Shown here in pieces: positions 1-9,128 of a stretch of DNA of 16,734 bases; positions within the stretch are counted from its first letter, which is position 1, and each line of letters begins with the position of its first letter. Under the pieces are notes generated by a model. That model did no database searches and was not told the DNA's origin. It saw only the letters and a list, made by a program, of their open reading frames with translations. The stretch covers positions 1 to 16,734 of the forward strand of contig NW_021825097.1 in the NCBI RefSeq assembly GCF_006345805.1. Direction: 5' to 3'. Source of the DNA: Octopus sinensis (taxonomy: Eukaryota). A program made the position numbers and the translations under genes.

Positions 1-39
1 ACAACATATATATATAATATATTATTATATATATATATA

Positions 40-436
40 GGCACAAGAATGGCTGTGTGGTAAGTCGCTTGCTTACAAACCATATGGTTCCGGATTCAGT
101 CCCACTTGGGTAAGTGTCTTGTACTATAGCCTCGGGCCGACCAAAGCCTTGTGAGTGGATTTGTAGACGGAATTGAAGAAGCCCGTCCTATATATGTAAT
201 ATAATATATATTATATATATATTTGTGTTTTGAGTGTGCGTGTTTGTTACTCACCATCGCTTGACAACCGATGCTGGTGTGTTACGCCCCCGTAACTTAG
301 CGGTTCGGCAAAGAGATCGATATAATAAGTACTAGACTTACAAAGAATAAGTCCTGGTGGCAATTTCCTCGATTAAATGTGGTGCTCCAGCATGGCCACA
401 GTCAAATGATGGAAACAAGCAAAAGAGTAAAAAAGA
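40..436 (+). mobile_element. tRNA-derived SINE, near full length (Octopus-type family)
   Basis: A-box-like TGGCTGTGTGGTAAG and B-box-like GGTTCCGGATTCAGTCCC head, internal (TA)n, body motifs catcgcttgacaaccgatgctggtgtg and gtgctccagcatggcc, and an A-rich tail. Colinear with the copies at 524-1010 and 11668-12103. Confidence 0.85.
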
Positions 437-462
437 TCTATTTACACACACACACACATGTG

Positions 463-507
<45 letters not shown>

Positions 508-523
508 TATATAGTAGTGAGAG

Positions 524-1010
524 AGGCGCAGGGTTGCTGTGTGGTAAGTAACTTGCTTACCAACCACATGGTTCCCGGTTCATTTTCACTGCATGGCAAA
601 ATGTACAAGTGTCTTCTGCTATAGCCCCAGGCTGAGCAAACCTTGTGAGTGGATTTGGTAGATGGAGACTGAAAGAAGCTCGTCGTATGTATATATATAT
701 ATAAATATGTATAAATCTATATATGTGTGTGTGCGTGTACATATATATATATACATATGAGTTTGTGTATGTGTGTGTGTGTTATGTGTCTCTGTGTGTA
801 CGTGCGTGTGTTTGTGTGTCTGTGTTTGTCCCCCAACATCGCTTGACAACCGTTGCTGGTGTGTTTACGTCCCCGAAAACTAGCGTTTCTGCAAAAGAAA
901 CTAATAAAATAAGTACTAGGCTTACCGGGGTCGATTTGCTCGACTAACGACAGTGCTCCAGCATGGCCACATTCACATGACTGAAACAAATGAAAGAATA
1001 AAAGAATAAA
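524..1010 (+). mobile_element. Second SINE copy of the same family, head-to-tail with the first
   Basis: Shares gctgtgtggtaag..cttgcttac..aaccacatggttcc, ccttgtgagtggatttg, catcgcttgacaaccg, aataagtactag and gtgctccagcatggccac with the first copy. It has an expanded internal (TA)/(TG) microsatellite and a gaataaaagaataaa tail. Confidence 0.85.
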
Positions 1011-1338
1011 TGTAACTATGAACCACACACACACGCGAACACACACACACACACATTTTGCTGCTCTATGTGTTTATTTATTGAGTTGTTCATCCTATAT
1101 GCGTGTGTTTGTGTGTGTGTGTATAAATATATTTATATGCACATATGTATGTGTGTATACGCGTGTGTGTATATACAATAGAAATCTCCATTACCTACTC
1201 CCCACCCCAATCATTCCACCTGTTTAATTAATTTCATTCCTTCTCTTCTCTTTTTCTGTGAGTTTTTCTTTTAATTCTTCACCACCCGACTCCCCTTTCA
1301 GACACCATTTTTAATGTTTTTATTCTTTTCTTTATCAG

Positions 1339-1493
1339 GTGAATCCTCGAGATGAAGATGGTCGAACACCGCTGCACTTCGCCTGTTCACGGGGATCCTT
1401 GCACACTGTCGATCTTTTGTTGGGTCACAATGGCATCGATGCCAATGTGGTTGACAACAATGGAGACACACCACTGCATATGGCAGTTCGGTG
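1339..1493 (+). CDS. Coding exon (first in window), ankyrin repeats of MIB-like E3 ligase; phase 0 to 2
   Basis: Acceptor ttcttttctttatcAG ends at 1338; donor GTAAGT starts at 1494. Translates VNPRDEDGRTPLHFACSRGSLHTVDLLLGHNGIDANVVDNNGDTPLHMAVR, with two TPLH ankyrin motifs. It is in a different frame from track ORF 1352..1549. Confidence 0.93.
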
Positions 1494-2138
1494 GTAAGTC
1501 CCCATTGGATCTGGAATATCCAAATCTGTTTCTTTTACGTTTTCAATAATGTTTGTTTCTTTTTCATTCAGTCATTCATGTCATAATCCCACCATGGGGT
1601 CATTGTCTTCCTTCTCTCTTTCGCACTGAAATAACACTGTAATCTATTTTATTAATTAATCATCACCATAATTGTTATTGTTGTTGCCTGACTGGACAAT
1701 TTACGTCATCTCGTTCTCCATTTCCTCAACGTCACAGGTTCAAATCCTCTCTCTTCTTCTTTCCATCCCATCTAGAACTACTTTCTCTCTCTCTCTCTGT
1801 CTCTCTCTCTCTCTTTCTTCCTCACTCTCTCTCCTTTGTAGTTTACCTATTTACTCCGACCCTGGGCTAAATAGAGAATCATCCCCTTACAGTATTTACA
1901 TTTGTCTCTTTTATGTTCCATGTTCAAATCCTACCAGAATATTTACTATCACTCTGGGGTCAATTTAATCTGTACCAGTAATACCCAGGGGTTCCTTTAA
2001 TAAACTGTCTTCCTTCTTTTCTCCTGTTCTTGTTTCTTATTACTTTCAGAGGAAATAAATTGTTATTTTATTTACGACTCTTTACGTTCAGTGTGTGTGT
2101 GCCAAAGTATAGAACTTAAATACTGGAAAACTCACTAA

Positions 2139-2417
2139 GATGATGATGATGAGGATGATGATGATGAGGAGGAGGATAATGATGATGGTAATGATGATGA
2201 TGATAATGATAATGATGATGATGATGATTATGATGATAATGATGATGAGGATGAAGTTGATGATAATGATAATGATGATGATGATGATGATGATGATGCT
2301 GCTGATGATGATGGTGATGATGATAGGAGGAGGATGAGGATGATGATGATGAGGATGATGAGGATGATGATGAGGATGATGATGATGATGAGGATTATGA
2401 GTATGAGAATGATGATA

Positions 2418-2459
<42 letters not shown>

Positions 2460-2576
2460 GTGAGGATGATGATAAGGATGAGGATGATGATGATGATTAT
2501 AATGATGATGATGATGCAGATGATGATGATGATGATGATGATGATAATGATGACGATGAGGATGATGATGATGATG

Positions 2577-2610
<34 letters not shown>

Positions 2611-2983
2611 GGATAATGATGATAATGATGATGATGATGATGAGGAGGAGGATGATGATGATGATGATGAGATGATGATGATAATGATGATAATGATGAT
2701 GATGACGACGATGATGATGATGATAATGATGATGATGATAATGATGATGATGATGGTGATGATGATGATTACGATGATGATGATGATGATAATGATGATG
2801 ATGATGATGATGACGATGATGATGATGATGATGATGATGAAGATGATGATAAAGATGATGATGATGATGATGATGATGATGACGATGATGATGATGATGA
2901 TGATGATGATAATGATGATGATAAAGCTACTGCTGATGATGATGATGAGGATTATGAGGATGGAAGATGATGATGATGATGAT

Positions 2984-3014
<31 letters not shown>

Positions 3015-5255
3015 ACGATGAGGATGATGATGATGATGATGATGAGGATGATAATGATGTTGAGGATGATGATGATGAGGAGGGAGATGATGATGATAAT
3101 TATGATGATGATGATGATGATGATAATGAGGATGATGATTAGGAGGAGGATGATGATGATTATGATGATGATGATGCTGATGATGATGAAGATAATGATG
3201 ATGATGAGGATGATGATGATGACGATGATGATGATGATGATGATGATGAGGATGAGGATGAGGATGATGATGATGATGAGGATGATAATGAGGATGATGA
3301 TGATGAGGAGGATGATGATGATGATAATGATGATGATGATGATGAGGATGATAATGATGATGATGATGATGATGATGATGATTATGATGAGGATGAGGAT
3401 GAGGATGAAGATGATGATGATGATGATGATGATGATGAGGATAATAATGATGATGATGAGCAGGAGGATGATGATGATGATGTGGATGATAATAATGATG
3501 ATGATGATGATGATGATTATGATGATGATGAGGATAATGATGATAATGATGATGATGATGAGGAGGAGGAGGAGGAGGATGATGATGATGATGATGATAA
3601 TGATGATGATGACGACGATGATGATGATGATAATGATGATGATGATAATGATGATGAGTATGATGTTATTATTATGATGATGGGATGATGATGATTACGA
3701 TGATGATGATAATGATGATGATGATAATGATGATGATGATGATGATGGAGGAGGATGATAATGATGATAATGATGATGATGATGATGATGATGACGATGA
3801 TGATGATGATGCTGATGAAGATGATGATAATGATGATGATGATGAGGAGGAGGAGGATGATAATGATGATGATGATGATGATGACGATGATGATGATGAT
3901 GATGATGATGATAATGATGATGATAAAGCTGCTGCTGATGATGATGATGATGATTATGAGGATGGAAGATGATGATGATGATGATGTTGATGATGATGAT
4001 GACGATGAGGATGATGAAGATGATGATGATGATGAGGATGATGAGGATGATAATGATGTTGAGGATGAAGATGAGGAGGAGGAAGATGATGATGATTAGG
4101 AGGAGGAGGATGATTGGAGGAGGAGGATGATGATTATGATGATGATGATGCTGATGATGATGAAGATAATGATGATGATGAGGATGATGATGATGACGAT
4201 GATGAGGATGAGGATGAGGATGATGATGAGGATGATAATGATGATAAGGATGATGATGATGAGGAGGATGATGATGATGATGATAATGATGATGATGATG
4301 ATAATGATGATGATGATGATAATGATGATGATGATGATGATGATGATGAGGATTATGATGATGATAATGATGATGATGATGATGAGGATAATGATGATAA
4401 TGATGATGAGGAGGATGATGAGGATTTTGATGATGAGGAGGATGATGAGGATGATGATGATGATGATGAGGATAATGATGATGAGGATGATGATAAGGAT
4501 GAGGATGAGGATGATGATGATGATGATGATGATTATGATGAGGATGAGGATGAGGATGAAGATGATGATGATGATGATGATGAGGATAATAATGATGATG
4601 ATGAGCAGGAGGATGATGATGATGATGTGGATGATAATAACGATGACGATGATGATGATGATTTTGATGATGATGATGATGAGGATAATGATGATAATGA
4701 TGATGATGATGATGAGGAGGAGGAGGAGGATGATGATGATGATGATAATGATGATAATGATGATGATGACGACGATGATGATGATAATGATGATGATGAT
4801 AATGATGATGAGTATGATGTTATTATTATGATGATGGTGATGATGATGATTACGATGATGATGATGATGATGATGATGATATGATGATGATGATGATGAT
4901 GACGATGATGATATGATGATGATGATGATGATGATGAAGATGATGATATGATGATGATGATGAGGAGGAGGAGGATGATAATGATGATGATGATGATGAT
5001 GATGATGACGATGATGATGATGATGATGATGATGATAATGATGATGATGATAAAGCTGCTGCTGATGATGATGATGAGGATTATGAGGATGGAAGATGAT
5101 GATGATGATGATGTTGATGATGATGATGACGATGAGGATGATGAAGATGATGATGATGATGAGGATGATGAGGATGATGATGATGATGAGGATGATGATG
5201 TTGATGAGGATGATGATGATGATGAGAATGATAATGATGATAATGATGATGATGC

Positions 5256-5313
<58 letters not shown>
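2139..5313 (+). repeat. ~3.2 kb degenerate (GAT)n trinucleotide array with higher-order repeat structure
   Basis: Continuous GAT units with GAG/AAT/GAC/GAA variants. Rare marker motifs recur at 0.93-1.15 kb spacing. The array lies inside the intron 1494-5775. Confidence 0.97.
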
Positions 5314-5314
<1 letters not shown>

Positions 5315-5354
5315 ATCTTCTTTCTTATTACTTTTGAAGAAAATAAATTGTGTT

Positions 5355-5475
5355 ATTTTATTTACGACTCTTTACGTTCAGAGTTCAAATCCTGCCAAGG
5401 TCAACTTCTCCTTCCATCTTTGCAAGGTTAATAAAATACAATACCAGTCATGTACTGGGGTTCATATGATTACCT
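5355..5475 (+). mobile_element. Fragment of a second tRNA-derived SINE family
   Basis: tttacgttcaGAGTTCAAATCCtgccaaggtcaacttc...ataaaatacaataccagtcatgtactgggg contains a B-box-like motif. It resembles an abundant Octopus SINE recalled from memory. A more decayed relative lies at about 1915-1990 (gttcaaatcc..ctggggtcaat..gtaccagta). Confidence 0.6.
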
Positions 5476-5775
5476 GTAGCCCTTCTTTCCTTCCTAAATT
5501 TCATGTTTATATAAGCTGTCAGAATTCTGAGAAGTATTTTTCCTGTCTTTACATTTCTGGGTTTACTCAGGTGTGTATATATCATTGTTCTACTGTGTAG
5601 AGTGTGTATTGAATAAATTTATGTGTGTGTGTGAGTATGTGTGTAATAATTGCTGTAATTAAGTTCTTATGACCTAATTACATTTGTTTTCTTTAATGAC
5701 CTAATAACTATTATCCCAAGCTGTGTGATGTTTGCTTGTTTTTCATGTTTTTCTTTCCTCATCCATTACTTTCAG

Positions 5776-5812
5776 CCAACGCTATGGTGTTGTGTCTGTG
5801 ATGCTGAAACAG
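5776..5812 (+). CDS. 37-nt coding exon, second helix of an ankyrin repeat; phase 2 to 0
   Basis: Acceptor ccattactttcAG ends at 5775; donor GTTAGT starts at 5813. It completes TG+C (Cys) and then reads QRYGVVSVMLKQ. It is the piece needed to restore frame between the 1493 and 8919 exons and to complete the ankyrin consensus (LHMAVRCQRYGVVSVMLKQG). Confidence 0.82.
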
Positions 5813-6076
5813 GTTAGTTAATAAATACATATTATATACACTCTCCAGTATTATATTGATCTGTATAATATAAATATTACCAATGTACCAGTAAAATAAT
5901 GGAAATAGATTTAATCACATGTACTACAAAACCCTTGTGTTTGTGGAGGAATTGTATATTGATCATGTTGATATTAGCGGTGTTGACAGTCCAACTGACC
6001 ACCACCACTGATAATAATATCTTTAATGGTCAAATGAAACAAGGTCATTATGATGAACCAAAATATAACAGATATC

Positions 6077-6123
<47 letters not shown>

Positions 6124-6124
6124 T

Positions 6125-6450
6125 TGTTTTAGACATTTGCCTGCGGCCATGCTGGGGCATCATCGAATTTTTAGCCAAATACATCGATCCCAGTACTTTT
6201 TTTTTATTTTAAGCATATCACTTTTCCTCTCAGCCTCTTTGCTGAACCACTACACACACACGCACACACACACACACACACACCCATGCACACATACATA
6301 GTCACACACATAGACACATACATAGGCACACACATAGATTTTGTTCAGCCCAAGGCAAGAGTAGAATATACTTTCCTGAGTTTCCATGCAGAGTGATTCA
6401 ACGTAGAACCGTGTATGGTTGGGAAAAAAGCTCCTTTCACTACAACCATA
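6125..6450 (-). mobile_element. Decayed, internally deleted SINE of the 40-436 family, minus strand
   Basis: gacatttgcctgcggccatgctgggGCA at about 6132-6160 is the reverse complement of the 3' body. gtagaatatactttcctgag..gattcaacgtagaaccgtgtatggttgg at about 6360-6422 is the reverse complement of the head. A (CA)n tract lies between them. Confidence 0.6.
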
Positions 6451-6476
6451 TATGGATGTGTGTCTTTCTATTTCTT

Positions 6477-6477
<1 letters not shown>

Positions 6478-6525
<48 letters not shown>

Positions 6526-6590
6526 ATATCTATCTATCTATCTATATGTCTGTCTGTCTGTCTCTCTCTCTCTCTATCTCTCTCTCTCTG

Positions 6591-6621
<31 letters not shown>

Positions 6622-6773
6622 GTCTATCTATCTATCTATATATATATATATCTATCTATCTATCTATCTGTCTGTCTGTCTGTCTGTCTAACTGTCTGTC
6701 TGTCTGTCTGTCTCTCTATATCTCTTCTTGTCTATGTATGTAAGTATGTATGTATCTATCTATCTATCTGTCT
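6478..6773. repeat. Compound (TATC)n/(TGTC)n/(TC)n microsatellite (GATA/GACA on the minus strand)
   Basis: Seen directly. It explains the YLSI/CLSV ORFs at 6393-6801. Confidence 0.95.
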
Positions 6774-7100
6774 GATAAATTCTTTTACATGTCTGCATTA
6801 GTGTATAGGTTATAAATCATACAGTGCCATCGTACAATTTACAAAGTAAAACAGGTATAAATGACAAGCACCTCAGTTCATAGAGTATCATGTTTACATC
6901 CATTCTTCAATGCAATATACATATACAAGAACAGAATTTTATTTTCAAAATGTTAATGTATGGAAGACAATAATTTACAAAACAGTTTTTTATAGAAGAG
7001 AGAAGGAGATTTAGTAAGATATCAAAAAGGAATCAGTAAATATACATACATGCATATATACTTATATATATATATATATATACTTATACATTTATATGTA

Positions 7101-7626
7101 TGTATATTAAAAATTGGGGGTGGTTTATGGGATTACTCTGGGTTTCCCATTCATAAAGGTTTTAGCTTTGTACCGTTTCGTAAGACCCTGTTAGCCTAAG
7201 ACCTCTTCAAAATATGGAAGGGGAAAAGCCTGGGATTTACGTTTTCTGCAAACGATCCTTTCAGCTCCCTGGCAAGAGATCATCCCAGTGACCATGTGGT
7301 TCCTGTTAAATATCTCACCATTGAAGTGTTTCTACATATTCACTGAAACCACGGGTCTCCCATAAATATGAAAGAATTTGACCTCGGATACTCCAGCAAT
7401 AACATCCCAAAGTCATCCAACGAACTATACACCCGTATGCAGCTGGAAAAGCTATTGGACGGGATTAGGCGTATGAGGTGAACGGCTTTTCCACCCTCCA
7501 TATTTGGAAGAGGTCTTAGGCCAAAAGGTTTTGGGGTCTAATGATACGCACTGAAGCTAAATCCTTTTTGGACCGGAAACCAAGGGTAATCCCGGAAACC
7601 GGCCGTCCCCAGTTTTAAAATATACA
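7101..7626. mobile_element. MITE-like fold-back element with ~130-140 bp imperfect terminal inverted repeats and a ~250 bp spacer
   Basis: Arm 7101-7230 is the imperfect reverse complement of 7484-7626. The inner segments 7194-7230 and 7484-7521 differ by 2 substitutions and 1 indel. The outer ends read tgtatatt-aaaaattggggg and ccccagttttaaaatataca in TA-rich flanks. No ORF. Confidence 0.7.
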
Positions 7627-7786
7627 CTGCTCTGCATCTTAGAGTGTGCTTCTTCTCCGGATTTATCTTTTCTACAATCAAAACATATATATACATAGAT
7701 ATGTCATTATTCAGTTTATTTCCAGATATTCTATTTTTCACTTTACGTCAACATCCGCTGGACAGCTAAACTATGCACAGTTTCTC

Positions 7787-7816
7787 TATGTATGTATGTA
7801 TGTATGTATGTATGTA

Positions 7817-7868
<52 letters not shown>

Positions 7869-7925
7869 TGCGTGTGTGCGTGCGTGCGTGCGTGCGTGTG
7901 TGTGTACGCACGTCTGTCTGTATGT

Positions 7926-7957
<32 letters not shown>
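7787..7957. repeat. Compound (TATG)n-(TG)n-(CGTG)n...(CA)n microsatellite
   Basis: Seen directly. It is the source of the ORFs at 7646-7980. Confidence 0.95.
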
Positions 7958-7960
<3 letters not shown>

Positions 7961-8094
7961 ATGATATAATTTTCACTTAGTCTACCTCAGGAATTTCACG
8001 GTTTTTTGAGTTTTATTACAAATGGGGGATTGGGAAATGGAGTATTGACCCATTTTGCATCGGTCACTTGTGGGTTGGATACTGTATAATTGGA

Positions 8095-8298
8095 TGTGTT
8101 GCATCTTCCGGTGCAGATGCATCTCATCTGGTGTCTTGTTTTACAGAGGAAACCTCACAAAATATTCTCGGTTTCGCTTGGCATGATGTTGCCAGGAGGT
8201 TGTTGGCTATAATGCTATAATCCAAGAACCTACTGACAACAACAACATACCAAGCGACACCGAGAACTTTCCCACCTGCAAGGAATCGATGCAACACA
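8095..8298. other. Nested inverted repeat: ~102 nt near-perfect hairpin (8165-8266) inside short outer arms
   Basis: ttctcggtttcgcttggcatgatgttg-ccaggaggttgttggctata pairs with the reverse complement of 8216-8266 (ttctcggtgtcgcttggtatgttgttgttgtcagtaggttcttggattata) around an atgc loop. The outer arms are tgtgttgcatc (8095) and gatgcaacaca (ending at 8298). Confidence 0.8.
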
Positions 8299-8427
8299 GG
8301 TCAAACCAATGGTTGTGATGGATAAATTTTCTCGTGAACTTCATTTTACATATTCCTCATTCAACATATATATTTATATATCCAACAGTAATGTATATAA
8401 ATCTCTCCCTCTCTCTCTCTCTCTCAC

Positions 8428-8484
<57 letters not shown>

Positions 8485-8918
8485 TTGAGTGTGTCTCTGT
8501 GTATGTGTGTGTGCACGCGCATTAATTTCATGGTGGTGGACACTAACCACCTCAACAGTTTTATGAACCTCTTATTAATTATAGCAACATCAAAAGTATA
8601 CTTTAGAAATCTTAATTCTTCTTTACTAGTCTTGATCTGTTAATCATGTGTTCACTCGTGTTCAGCTCCCCTAAAACTTACTATAGTTAGGAAGAAAGGT
8701 AGATTAAGCTGAAACAATCTATTTAGGACATCTTTATCCTGTCTAGAACACATTCTCATAGCAACATCTAGAGGATCTTACGAAGGTTGATTTTACGGGC
8801 AAACATCAAATGTACATGATCAGTTTGATCAAGTATACAGTAGAAGACAATAATGACACATTGATATCCATCCTGATTTTCATGTAAATTTTCATTTTCT
8901 ATTTTTACTTCCACAAAG

Positions 8919-9128
8919 GGTTCTGTTCAGTTGGATATTCAAAACTATCAGAAAAGGACACCATTGCTTGAAGCCGTTTCCCAGGGTCACCTCGGAATGA
9001 CACACCTGTTAATAGCCCTGGGTGCAGACATAAATGCTGTTGATGGTGAAGGTAACAGCTGTTTGCACCTAGCCATGGCAACAGAAGTGTTTAATTCCGA
9101 GGATGCACCCTTGGATTTACTAAACGAA
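8919..9128 (+). CDS. Coding exon, ankyrin repeats; phase 0 to 0
   Basis: Polypyrimidine tract plus ccacaaAG ends at 8918 (an alternative in-frame CAG ends at 8930); donor GTAAGT starts at 9129. Translates GSVQLDIQNYQKRTPLLEAVSQGHLGMTHLLIALGADINAVDGEGNSCLHLAMATEVFNSEDAPLDLLNE, which matches the start of track ORF 8931..9443. Confidence 0.93.

Noticed and set aside
557-1227. Short ORFs rich in YI, HT and CV
   Set aside because: They are translations of SINE and dinucleotide microsatellite sequence, with no domain content.
1352-1549. Track ORF MKMVEHRC... overlapping the first exon
   Set aside because: Wrong frame. The ankyrin motifs are in the frame starting at 1339.
2139-5313. CRISPR-like or telomeric interpretation of the periodic array
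   Set aside because: There are no constant repeats with unique spacers and no cas genes, the context is a eukaryotic intron, and the unit is GAT, not a TTAGG(G) telomere motif.
2140-5431. Long poly-Met and poly-Asp/Glu ORFs in the ORF track
   Set aside because: They are translations of the (GAT)n array. Frames switch repeatedly at indels, TAG stops recur at equivalent repeat positions, and the region lies inside an intron defined by phase-compatible exons.
6393-7980. ORFs with [12 protein letters not shown] and HTHA repeats
   Set aside because: They are tetranucleotide and dinucleotide microsatellite artefacts.
8147-8220. Possible cryptic exon after gtgtcttgttttacAG
   Set aside because: The phase-0 frame stops after about 21 codons, has no ankyrin similarity and has no convincing donor. 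The sequence is better explained as part of the hairpin.
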